Shown here: positions 19,761 through 28,130 of the stretch, one piece after another | Layout of the letters: each line of letters starts with the position of its first letter | Numbering within the stretch: the stretch's first letter is position 1 | IMG/VR virus record: IMGVR_UViG_3300009545_000023 | Coordinates: 2,701 to 66,700 of that record | DNA length: 64,000 nucleotides | Direction: 5' to 3' (one strand) | Source: a virus | The notes under the pieces: generated by a model | What the model was told of the DNA's origin: nothing | What the model saw: only the letters and a program-made list of their open reading frames with translations | Database searches by the model: none | Translations under genes and position numbers: made by a program

Positions 19761-20014
19761 TTGTTCGGCTCCTCCAGCCCGATTTGCTCAAAGATCGCTC
19801 GCATTGCCCGGTGTTCACGAATAGGAAGCGGTGCAACGACGGTGAATCCGTTCTCCTGATGAAAGAGGATCTTCTCGTCGTGTTCAGCCATGCGGTTCAT
19901 CTCGTCGCGGAACTCGCGCAGGTAATCGCGGATGACAGCAACAGCGAACGCGTTCTCGCTAGAGTCAGCAGGTTCACCGTCCCATTCGCTGACAAACTCT
20001 TCGGGTGTCTTCAT
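19757..20014 (-). CDS. Hypothetical protein
   Basis: 85 aa coupled ORF. Confidence 0.55.
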   Translation of the reverse strand: MKTPEEFVSEWDGEPADSSENAFAVAVIRDYLREFRDEMNRMAEHDEKILFHQENGFTVVAPLPIREHRAMRAIFEQIGLEEPNK

Positions 20015-20382
20015 CTCGCCTCCTGAAAAAGCCCGCTCGTTATCGACTTGCCTTCAGTCCGCAACTTACCGAACCGTCGCAACAGAAAGGCTTTCCGTTC
20101 ACTCAGCCATATTTTGTACGGATGGTTTTCTCTGCCACCACGAAACGGGTAGACCGCACTGTAAACGGCTTCAACGGTCTTCCGGTCGGCGTCTTTGGGA
20201 ATGACCGCATCGATGGCACAGAGGACCGCACGGGCCGCGTCTCGCCATGTCGTGCCATCAGCACCGCCGCCGACTGCACCCGCCCTGTCAATGACACCAC
20301 GCTTGGCGATTTGTGCGCGTTCGATCAGTGCCGCAAGTTCTGCGTCCCGTTCGGCGCGGGTTGGTATTTTATCGGTGGTCAT
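20011..20382 (-). CDS. Hypothetical protein
   Basis: YPFRGGRENHPYKIW motif; coupled ORF. Confidence 0.6.
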   Translation of the reverse strand: MTTDKIPTRAERDAELAALIERAQIAKRGVIDRAGAVGGGADGTTWRDAARAVLCAIDAVIPKDADRKTVEAVYSAVYPFRGGRENHPYKIWLSERKAFLLRRFGKLRTEGKSITSGLFQEAR

Positions 20383-20726
20383 TTGGCCTCCACGAGTGCG
20401 ATAGACACCTCTGCCCTTGGGTTCTTGCTGTCATCGTGCAGGTAGAAATGCGCTTCTACAATCTGCTTGTCATCCTTGTAAACGACACCTTGCAAGGAGT
20501 CAGAAAGCACCTTCTCACGGTTCATCAGGTCGCCTGACTTTTGAGGTCGGAACACATGGACAGTGAGAGATACCGGGCCTTCGACCATCGGGACGCGCTC
20601 AACCATGCCGATCTGAGCAACGGTCTGTTTGAATGCCTTGGCTTCCTCGCTGACGTAGGTTCCGTGCTTTCCATTTCGCCAATATCTGTTTGCCGAGGGG
20701 GGATATGGTAGTGTCATGTGGATCAT
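20379..20726 (-). CDS. rusA: RusA-like Holliday junction resolvase
   Basis: LPYPPSANRYWR, GDLMNREK..SDSLQ...DDKQI. Confidence 0.9.
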   Translation of the reverse strand: MIHMTLPYPPSANRYWRNGKHGTYVSEEAKAFKQTVAQIGMVERVPMVEGPVSLTVHVFRPQKSGDLMNREKVLSDSLQGVVYKDDKQIVEAHFYLHDDSKNPRAEVSIALVEAK

Positions 20727-21520
20727 GGCAACGTTACTCCTATCTCCTGCGCCATCGCTGGGAAGACACGCAAGAGTTTCTGGCGAGCGCCTTTGACGAT
20801 CTGCCCAAGGCGCTGGGCACTAAAACCGTACAATTTCGCGATATCTCCGTTGCTCATATCGCCGAGGTTCTGGTAATAGTCTTCGAAGACTCGCTGCTGC
20901 AACGGTGACAACTCTGCCCGCTTGTACAGCAGTTCGCGGAACTGCGCATCGTCCGTCTGTCGGTAGCGGGATTCGACCTTACCGGCGCGAAGCCATGCCA
21001 TCGCCATCTGGTCCCGCTCCTCCGGTCGCACCGGTTCATGTAGCGAGACAGACACACCGACACCGGCATGAGAAAGGAACTGTTTCTTTACCTGCTTCTT
21101 CGGGCCGTGGTTCTCGTGCAGGTAGGATGGGATATTAATCAGGCGGGAATGGCGCATCGTGTAGTGACGCGCCGCTGCCAGGATGCGATGCGCACAGTAG
21201 GTCGTCCACGATCCGCCCTTATTCGGGTTGTAGGTGTTCGCACCATTGATGACCATCGCCCATATCTCGCCCGTCAGATCGTCCACAGAGAGCGCGGAGA
21301 GGCTACCCGGCATCGGGCTTGTTCCCCACTTGGCAACCGTCTTTCGGGCAATCGCCATCACCATGTCGTGAACGGCTTCCACAGCGGTATTGCGTGCGGA
21401 TAGGTCGCCTTCGATCTGCCATCGGCGGATCAATTCGGCATGGAACGTTGAGCGAGCGCGGGCCTCATCAGTGACCGGTAGATAGGCTTCACGTTCGAAG
21501 ATAACAGGCGCGGAGGCCAT
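20723..21520 (-). CDS. Sigma-70 family RNA polymerase sigma factor
   Basis: Region 2 (ARN.AVE, DDL, YNPNKGGSWTTY, LINIP) and region 4 (LSPLQQRV...IAKLYGFSAQRLGQI). Confidence 0.85.
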   Translation of the reverse strand: MASAPVIFEREAYLPVTDEARARSTFHAELIRRWQIEGDLSARNTAVEAVHDMVMAIARKTVAKWGTSPMPGSLSALSVDDLTGEIWAMVINGANTYNPNKGGSWTTYCAHRILAAARHYTMRHSRLINIPSYLHENHGPKKQVKKQFLSHAGVGVSVSLHEPVRPEERDQMAMAWLRAGKVESRYRQTDDAQFRELLYKRAELSPLQQRVFEDYYQNLGDMSNGDIAKLYGFSAQRLGQIVKGARQKLLRVFPAMAQEIGVTLP

Positions 21521-22533
21521 TACCGTGAACCTCCTGCCCTACTGCTCGTCTTGGTCTGCGCTGGGCCTCGCATGTCGTTCGCGGGATCGTAAGGGCTTGT
21601 GTGTGCCTCCTCAGCGGGCGGAACGTCAAGAAGGCGGTCGGAGGAGAAGTTAGGCTCGGCGAATAGATCCTCTGCGGTGCCGTTTTCGGGATCAGGGAAT
21701 GGGTCGCGCAGTTCCGGATCGTCTCCCGCGTCCAGGATCTCGCCTTCGTCAGCATCGGTTGGCGGCGCGTTCTGCTTCTGTTTTGCGAGCAGGTCAGCGT
21801 GATACCGCTTCAGGCTTTTTGCAGCCATGTCCCAATCGTCAGCACTCGCCTCTTTCGCGTCGATGCCAACCTGCTCCATAAGCAGGTCGGTCATCTTCTT
21901 GCGGCTCAGGTTGCCCTTCTCGCCTAACATATCGAAATCAAGGGATCGGGCCAGGTTGCCGTATCGCTCCATTGCCGCGATGATCTGCCTACGCTCATCA
22001 GGTGCGATAGTCCGCCCTGGCTCTGGCTGACTCGGAGCGGCACCTGTAGCCTGTGCGATACCCTCCGGTGTGTCCCAGCGCTCCTCTACAGAGCAGAGAG
22101 CGATATCAAAGGCAAACCGTAGGGCGCGGGCCATGGCGACCTTTTCCGCCATCTCAGGGCCGAACTGATGATTTTTGCTCTTGGGAAAGCGACCACGGAA
22201 ACGGAACGGACGGCTCATATCTTTGCGGTAGACCGTCGCAACGGCACAGTAATGTGTCTGCGTCTCTGGCAGTTCCTCAGATTCGATGCCGTCAAGCATC
22301 CCGCTTCGATGCGCGACATGGAGTAGCCCGTCACGGGTTACGTAGAGACCTCCCTGCTGACCGGGAATGACGATAGCGTGTTTCAGGATCGGGTCAAGGC
22401 CATACTTTTCACACGCCATTACGAGCGCCTGAACACGTGGCTCTCTCGGGTTCAGGCTCAGGGCACTGTAGACCGCGTTCCAGTCGATCGGAGCGGAATC
22501 TGCCCTGTTGATAGTTGACAACTCATTACTCAT
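21520..22533 (-). CDS. RecT/Red-beta-like single-strand annealing protein
   Basis: CEKYGLDPI, YVTRDGLL.VAHRSG..DGI, PEMAEKVA.ARALRFAF. Confidence 0.8.
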   Translation of the reverse strand: MSNELSTINRADSAPIDWNAVYSALSLNPREPRVQALVMACEKYGLDPILKHAIVIPGQQGGLYVTRDGLLHVAHRSGMLDGIESEELPETQTHYCAVATVYRKDMSRPFRFRGRFPKSKNHQFGPEMAEKVAMARALRFAFDIALCSVEERWDTPEGIAQATGAAPSQPEPGRTIAPDERRQIIAAMERYGNLARSLDFDMLGEKGNLSRKKMTDLLMEQVGIDAKEASADDWDMAAKSLKRYHADLLAKQKQNAPPTDADEGEILDAGDDPELRDPFPDPENGTAEDLFAEPNFSSDRLLDVPPAEEAHTSPYDPANDMRGPAQTKTSSRAGGSR

Positions 22534-22616
22534 CGGGATCGGAACCTTTCAATTTTGCGGCGGAAGTGAAACAGGGCAAAGGTGAGGAGGAAGGCGACGA
22601 GGAGGGCATCTTTCAT

Positions 22617-23048
22617 CTATCGCCCTCCCAGCACGTAATAAAGGGCAGACAGCAGCACCAACCCGCCGACGACATTGCCGACGATTTGAGCGGCGTACAA
22701 CCAATCAATCGAATCGTCTTCCTCGCCTGTCCGTGTCACCTCGCAAGCCGCAGAACCAATCAGCGGCACAGGTGAGCAGTGTGTCGTCTCTGGGTGCTGA
22801 CTGAGCAGGTAATCAACGGGATCGATCTGCTCACGGTAAACATGCCCGGTTCGACTCCACACCTCGCCACGGTCGCGGCAGGGTTTGCATTGCTCGGCGT
22901 CGGCGTCCTGAACAAAAAGCGGCGCAGGGAACAGGGTTTCGAGCGGCACGACACGGAAACAGCGCTCACACGGGCTTTCGTGCTTGGCGGGACGTTGCGG
23001 CGTGTCAGCGGTGAACGTGACGAGGCGTAGATGGTTGGGGCGTTTCAT
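22617..23048 (-). CDS. Zn-finger protein with C-terminal TM helix
   Basis: CERC...CKPC and hydrophobic tail; probable start MKRPNH. Confidence 0.5.
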   Translation of the reverse strand: MKRPNHLRLVTFTADTPQRPAKHESPCERCFRVVPLETLFPAPLFVQDADAEQCKPCRDRGEVWSRTGHVYREQIDPVDYLLSQHPETTHCSPVPLIGSAACEVTRTGEEDDSIDWLYAAQIVGNVVGGLVLLSALYYVLGGR

Positions 23049-24394
23049 AGAACCTCCGTGAGTGAGCGCATCAGAGCGGCCATAAAGAGCGGGGGAACCG
23101 CGTTCCCTACGATGGTTTGAGCAACGCCGGGTTTGCAGTTGAACCGGTAGGAGTCGGGAAACGTTTGGAAGCGGGCGATGCAACGGGCGGGATCGCCTTC
23201 CGGCTGTAACTTCACGACGCGATAGTCACGCTGCGCGAAGAGTTCCTGCTGATCGGGTTCCGTTCCGTACAGGACGTGCCGTCCTGTACGGCCTCCCTCG
23301 CCTGCCATTACTGTGACCATCGGTTTATCGTCGGGTAGCGTCGTTGGCGGTCGCTCACCGGTTGATGCACCTTCAATGAAAAGGGCGCGAAGTTTACCTG
23401 CACCGTCAGCGGTCAGCGTCGGGCAAGGGATGGAGGGCGGGACCGCGATATCTCCTGCCTCACCGTTGATGCGGATCAGGGCGCGTAGATTGTTCAGCGA
23501 ACCCGTCATGGTGTACGCCGGGTCTAAGTCCTTCGGCGCAGGGAACCAGGGATTATCGGCGTTCGGGTGAGGCAGGACCGCTCTAAACGGATGCTTGTCA
23601 ATGGACGCCGTTATCGTTGGCGCGGGTGCCTCTCCATCTCGCGTCATGGGCGCAGCGTCACCGAAGGACGAAGGGATTCCCGCAACTTGTTGCGGGAAGA
23701 TGGCTTTCTCTCTCAGTCGCTTTTCCTGCCATTTCGCTAGTTTGGTCTCAGGACATCGCGGGAGCAGATCGGCAATCGCGTCGTACCAACCGCACCAAGG
23801 CAAGAGTGGCGCAGCGGCGAACATATCCATCGTCTTCCCGGCGAGTTTGGACCGCTCACAGTGTGTCGGCAGGAACATCGGAATCGTGTCGCTCACATCT
23901 CTGCGGACAGCACGAACGATAAGGCGCTCACGTGTTTGTGGAATACCGAAATCTGCGAAATTGAACACGTCGTACTGAACTATGTAGCCCTGAACGTAGA
24001 GCATGGCGAGGATGGATTTAAACGACTCCGAATGCTCATAGGCGCGGACATTCTCCAGCGTGAACAGTTTTGGGCGGATCTCAGCAATAGCGCGACAGAT
24101 CGCGTTTGCACAGGTGATTTCAAGTTCCGATTCCTTCCCGTTCGTGTTCGCGACAGAAAAGACCGTGCAGGGCGGGGAACCGTGAAAGTGGTCAGCACCG
24201 GCAAGCGATCGGTAATCGACTGCCCGCACGTCGGCACAGCGCAGGTGCTTGTCTCCGAAGTTATCGGCATAGACCTCGCAGATTTTCGGATCGTGTTCGA
24301 CGGACAGGACGACAGAGCCGCCCGTCGCCATGACACCCATTTCGACGCCACCGCCGCCGCTAAAGGTCACGACTGAGGTATAAGGCTTGCTCAC
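23045..24394 (-). CDS. DNA (cytosine-5) methyltransferase
   Basis: FSGGGG (I), GSPPC (IV), ENV (VI), PQTRER (VIII), GNAV (X); probable GTG start 24394. Confidence 0.95.
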   Translation of the reverse strand: MSKPYTSVVTFSGGGGVEMGVMATGGSVVLSVEHDPKICEVYADNFGDKHLRCADVRAVDYRSLAGADHFHGSPPCTVFSVANTNGKESELEITCANAICRAIAEIRPKLFTLENVRAYEHSESFKSILAMLYVQGYIVQYDVFNFADFGIPQTRERLIVRAVRRDVSDTIPMFLPTHCERSKLAGKTMDMFAAAPLLPWCGWYDAIADLLPRCPETKLAKWQEKRLREKAIFPQQVAGIPSSFGDAAPMTRDGEAPAPTITASIDKHPFRAVLPHPNADNPWFPAPKDLDPAYTMTGSLNNLRALIRINGEAGDIAVPPSIPCPTLTADGAGKLRALFIEGASTGERPPTTLPDDKPMVTVMAGEGGRTGRHVLYGTEPDQQELFAQRDYRVVKLQPEGDPARCIARFQTFPDSYRFNCKPGVAQTIVGNAVPPLFMAALMRSLTEVL

Positions 24395-24975
24395 GCTGCA
24401 CCTCCCTCTTCGCAATCGACTTCCTCACCCGCGACGTAGGATTCTTCCAAATCCTCGTTGGCTTTGTCGCCGCCCTTCGTCTCGAAGTCGTCCACCCACA
24501 CGAACGACCACACATCAAATCGAACGCTGGGGTGTTCCTCTGAAAGACGCTTCGCCTCCGCTGACCAATCGACCGAGCAAGAGCGGATAGACAGGCCGAA
24601 CACATCAAGTTCAGCGGCTTCGAGATCGGCAACAGTCGTGACACCGGGAATCATCACAGCGCAGATTTCGCGGTACCGGATTGGTCCCTCCCAAACGTCA
24701 GCAAACACCGTGTCTTTCTCCTCATCGCGGTACATCGTGTGATCGACCGGCAGGGCGAATTGATCGGCGGCAGGACTCGGCATCAGGTCAGCACCAGCCA
24801 TGAACGGCAACACAGTGTTTGCAAGGTGTCCCGGCATTTCCGCATAATCGCCCGCGTCGAAAAAGGCGTCGTTTGGCATCGGGATTGGTCCGGCAGGAAG
24901 CACGGGCACATCGACCGGTTCAAACTCCGCTTTGCCGGTCTCGGCGTCGAAATGGATCAGGGAGACGGTTTTCAT
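24391..24975 (-). CDS. Hypothetical protein
   Basis: 194 aa acidic ORF, coupled. Confidence 0.6.
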   Translation of the reverse strand: MKTVSLIHFDAETGKAEFEPVDVPVLPAGPIPMPNDAFFDAGDYAEMPGHLANTVLPFMAGADLMPSPAADQFALPVDHTMYRDEEKDTVFADVWEGPIRYREICAVMIPGVTTVADLEAAELDVFGLSIRSCSVDWSAEAKRLSEEHPSVRFDVWSFVWVDDFETKGGDKANEDLEESYVAGEEVDCEEGGAA

Positions 24976-25214
24976 TGGGTCGCCTCGCTTTCCGCCTTGT
25001 CGTACTCACGTCCGCAGAACGGGCAGAACTTCGCGTTCATTGAGTGCTTTATCCGCTTATTGGTACCGTCGATGCGCACCAAAGGAATAGAAACGTAGGT
25101 CGCTCCTGTCTTCGTATTCCATGCAAACCCAACGCCTACACCGGGTTCCATCTTGCTAATAGCATCATTCATCTGACTAAGGCAATCGCAGTTTCCAGCA
25201 ATATCGCGGTTCAT
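24972..25214 (-). CDS. Small Zn-finger protein
   Basis: CDC...FCPFCG. Confidence 0.65.
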   Translation of the reverse strand: MNRDIAGNCDCLSQMNDAISKMEPGVGVGFAWNTKTGATYVSIPLVRIDGTNKRIKHSMNAKFCPFCGREYDKAESEATQ

Positions 25215-25567
25215 CCCGTCACCTTCCCTTCTGCCTTAGTAAGGGCGGCATAAACGGCGCGGGCATCGGCAATGGTCAGCACGATTTCAATGCGCGCGTC
25301 GGGGTTCCAATCGTCCTCAGAGACGTGCTTCTCGGAGTGTGAGGAGTGAATCAGGGCGGCGGCGACACGCTGTAGAGCGGCGTTCTGATTTGGAGAAGCA
25401 GAGATCAGGTTGAGATTCGCCCTCATCTGATCGCAGGTATTACCGTGGATCTCAGCGGCGATGATCTCTCCTGCTTCGTTCATCACGTAGGAGTCGCCGG
25501 AATGGAACTCAACGTAGTTTGGTATCCATTCGCCTTCGGTGACGCCCGGTTTCGTTGTGTCGCTCAT
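25211..25567 (-). CDS. Hypothetical phage protein
   Basis: TEGEW...ANLNLISASP motif common in early genes. Confidence 0.65.
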   Translation of the reverse strand: MSDTTKPGVTEGEWIPNYVEFHSGDSYVMNEAGEIIAAEIHGNTCDQMRANLNLISASPNQNAALQRVAAALIHSSHSEKHVSEDDWNPDARIEIVLTIADARAVYAALTKAEGKVTG

Positions 25568-25860
25568 CTCGTGACCTCCGACTCTGCATTATTGAGAAGC
25601 GCGAAGACGCCATCAAAGAAAGGCCCGTAGAGATTCGGCGGAACGGTGTATCGTCCGGTCTCCTGCTGGATCTTGAAAATCTTGACGCAACCTTCTAGCG
25701 CGGAGTGGTATTCTTTGACGGTCTGTGTTAGCCGAGATATCTTCGCCCGGTCCTCATCAGCAGCAATACGATAGCCGTTTAGGTGATTCTCTTTGTCCCG
25801 GCACAGGGATTTGAGGCGGTAGTTCTCGGCAATCAAGTCCGTTTCTTCTCGCACGGTCAT
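25564..25860 (-). CDS. Hypothetical protein
   Basis: 98 aa coupled ORF. Confidence 0.55.
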   Translation of the reverse strand: MTVREETDLIAENYRLKSLCRDKENHLNGYRIAADEDRAKISRLTQTVKEYHSALEGCVKIFKIQQETGRYTVPPNLYGPFFDGVFALLNNAESEVTR

Positions 25861-26312
25861 CAGTCGAGTCCTCCCAGTCCTGAGATTTTCTGATAGTGTT
25901 CGTACTCAAGGTCGGTACATTCGCCCGATGCCATACGCAGGGAGATGTATCGTGCGTACTCACTCAGTACCTTCTCAGCCTCTTTGGTGCGCCCTACCCA
26001 ATCAAGGGCGGTTGCGATGTCACCGGAATTGCTGTCACCGTTCGGCTCCTCAACGTAGCGGTCGATAAGAGCGATGGCGAAGTCGCGCCCTATCACCGTG
26101 GAGGGTGGCATCATATCAACCGCCCGTTGTCGCAGTGAGTCGCGGTACTGCTCGGTCATCTTGTCGCCGGGATTCAGTCTCACAAACTCATTCGTGAGTT
26201 CACGCTCTGTCGGCAGGCCATCTTCGTGCAGTAGCTCTGAGACGCCTTCCGTATCCGCACCGCGCTCCATCCATGTGTCACGCGCCCACGCTTTTGCAGA
26301 TGCTTCGCTCAT
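25860..26312 (-). CDS. Hypothetical protein
   Basis: Probable start MSEASAK (ATGA overlap). Confidence 0.55.
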   Translation of the reverse strand: MSEASAKAWARDTWMERGADTEGVSELLHEDGLPTERELTNEFVRLNPGDKMTEQYRDSLRQRAVDMMPPSTVIGRDFAIALIDRYVEEPNGDSNSGDIATALDWVGRTKEAEKVLSEYARYISLRMASGECTDLEYEHYQKISGLGGLD

Positions 26313-26713
26313 CCTGCTAACCTCCCGTAAGTGTGTTCTGTCGTCGGCGTCCACGGTGTGAAGGCGAGAGGCGGCGCGGCAGGTCCGTCAAAGTCGGCGG
26401 CGCTCATCACGGAGCGGTCAGCGAGGCGCACAGGAGCCACGGAGCGCGGCATCGTATCCGCTAAAGACACAGCATCGCGCGATGCTCGAATCATCGGCAG
26501 GAAATTCTCACGGAAGGCGTACAGGTGCCAACAGTCACGCGGCGATTGGCAGTTGCAGACATACTCGCCCTTTCGAGGAGATAGGCACAGCGTGTATTTC
26601 TTGCCGCTATGCGCAGATACGACTTCGAAGGTAGGCCATCCCTGAATCGATAGACCGGTGTCAGTCCAGAGCGATCTGTCAGCGTAAAGAGACGCTTTGA
26701 CTTCGATTGTCAT
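26309..26713 (-). CDS. SWIM-type zinc finger protein
   Basis: FEVVS...Y...YVCNC..PRDCWH; start MTIEV with GAGG RBS. Confidence 0.7.
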   Translation of the reverse strand: MTIEVKASLYADRSLWTDTGLSIQGWPTFEVVSAHSGKKYTLCLSPRKGEYVCNCQSPRDCWHLYAFRENFLPMIRASRDAVSLADTMPRSVAPVRLADRSVMSAADFDGPAAPPLAFTPWTPTTEHTYGRLAG

Positions 26714-26863
26714 AGCTACCTCTTTACAGGAATCCGCCGCGCTCTTGGTGGCTCCGGCGCATCGGTGCTGCCTGTATACGCTATTTAGATTGCGATTGTT
26801 GCCTTTCATTTTCTGTGATAGAATCCCTTCAGCTTTTGATTTTTTCTTTCGCCTTTTGGCGGT

Positions 26864-26888
26864 GCCCGCTCTCATGGAGCGGGCTTTT
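26864..26888. terminator. GC-rich hairpin closing the repeat array
   Basis: GCCCGCTC-TCATG-GAGCGGGC; T run on the plus side, 13 nt past the last array delimiter on the minus strand. Confidence 0.6.
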
Positions 26889-26897
26889 CTATTTCTT

Positions 26898-27637
26898 GCC
26901 TGCCAATCCACCCGTGCCATCCTCTACACACCTCGGCTTGCCATGCCTGCCTAACCAAACCGGGACACGCCATACCATGCCGCGGCATACCCAACGCGGA
27001 CTGACCAAGACATGCCTGCCTTACCTGACCAAAACACGCCAAAACTGGCCCCACCATAACTCGCCTGACCGCGCCAACCGTGCCAAGCCTGCCTCAACAG
27101 GCCCGACCTCAACGCGCCACACCTGAAACAGCCAAAACATGCCTCGCCTGCCTTGCCGCACCTGGACTCGACTAGACTAACCAAGCCAGAACCGACCTAA
27201 CCGGAACTTGCCCCGCCTGCCACACCTCGCCAATCCGTGACCGGACGTACCACGCCTTGCCTACCTCACCAGTCCCTGACAGAACCAGGCTGACCCGACC
27301 TAAACACGACCTGCCTGCCTCGCCAAAACTACCTTGCCCCGAACGGCCCCGCCGCAACCCGCCTTACCTGCCATGCCCGGCCCGGCCAAGGCCCAACATG
27401 CCCCGAATTGCCTGACCGTGACTGACCCAACCTCGCCTGCCATACCCCACCAAACAACGCCATAACGAGACTAACCACGCCTGCCCCACCATGCCACGAC
27501 TTACCGTGCCAAGACGCGCCGAGAAAAGCCGTGCCTGCCAAGACTCACCGCACCTCACCAAGCCGCACACCGCCATGACACACCGGGCCTGCCGAACCAA
27601 GCCATGACAAACCACGACGTACCCCACCTCGCCTGCC
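26898..27637 (-). ncRNA. Array of 13 putative guide-RNA units (GGCAGGC-delimited, GGY/GTY-NN pentamer repeats; VIPR-like)
   Basis: 14 delimiters (12 exact GGCAGGC, plus GGTAGGC and GGCAGGT); spacings 44,54,54,44,69,53,54,44,69,59,73,69,47; strict 5-nt periodicity; starts 4 nt after the accessory gene stop. Confidence 0.85.
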
Positions 27638-27641
27638 TAGA

Positions 27642-28130
27642 TCAGATATGAACCTTCTTTTCGATGACGCGCTGTTGCAACTCGTCAACGCCTTGAAGCA
27701 GATCGGAGAACTCTTTGAGGCTTTCCAGTTTGCGGCGAGTGGTGGCGAGGTCTTTTGCCACCTCATCCAAAACCTGAAGGCGTAGATCGGGATCGATCAT
27801 CACTGCCTGCACCGACTCGTAGGAGGAGTCTTCTTCGATAACCACATGGCAGAAAGCCCGTACTGGTTGCGCGAGGTCTTCACCGTTCGGCGTTGTAGCA
27901 ACGACCACAGAGCGGATAATTTGACCTGCCTGCTCCAACCGCCAGCGCGTCGCGGCCTTCTGATCGTCCCACTCGAAATACCGATGCAGCAGGTTGTCTT
28001 CCGGTGTCGCCGCCTCAACGACCAGGGGAGCAGTCAAACTCCCCTTCTCGTCGCGGATCGCTTGCAGTGCCTCGCCGACCGCCTGCGGATCACCGGGCAT
28101 TCTCGCTGTTTTTGCGAACTTATAGACCAT
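27642..28130 (-). CDS. Accessory protein of the RAMP/array locus (162 aa)
   Basis: True start MVYKF at 28130 (TGATG overlap with RAMP stop); GEAL..I...G.LT...VV.AA.....LH.YFEWDD..AA..WRL.QA..IIR core plus C-terminal helix. Confidence 0.75.
   Translation of the reverse strand: MVYKFAKTARMPGDPQAVGEALQAIRDEKGSLTAPLVVEAATPEDNLLHRYFEWDDQKAATRWRLEQAGQIIRSVVVATTPNGEDLAQPVRAFCHVVIEEDSSYESVQAVMIDPDLRLQVLDEVAKDLATTRRKLESLKEFSDLLQGVDELQQRVIEKKVHI

Noticed and set aside
27146-27221. NN strings read as codon positions 1-2 look protein-like (e.g. U9 G-K/N-P-Y-R-L-F/L-Y-Y-D/E)
   Set aside because: Any NN string translates to something and the reverse orientation reads as well, so this is not evidence. Spot checks found no self-match in the window but were not exhaustive.
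26898-27637. Canonical CRISPR array or TIGR-type array
   Set aside because: The constant element is only 7 nt, unit lengths vary in 5-nt steps, and the variable part is itself periodic. There are no 25-40 nt repeats, no box C/D-like motifs and no Nop-domain gene.
26898-27637. Simple microsatellite or low-complexity decay
   Set aside because: The NN positions are unique in every unit while the triplets and phase are conserved; slippage would homogenise them.
26815-27766. Several short ORFs predicted across the array on both strands
   Set aside because: They overlap in all frames with G/R/W/V-rich translations, lack RBSs, and a 5-nt period is incompatible with codon structure.
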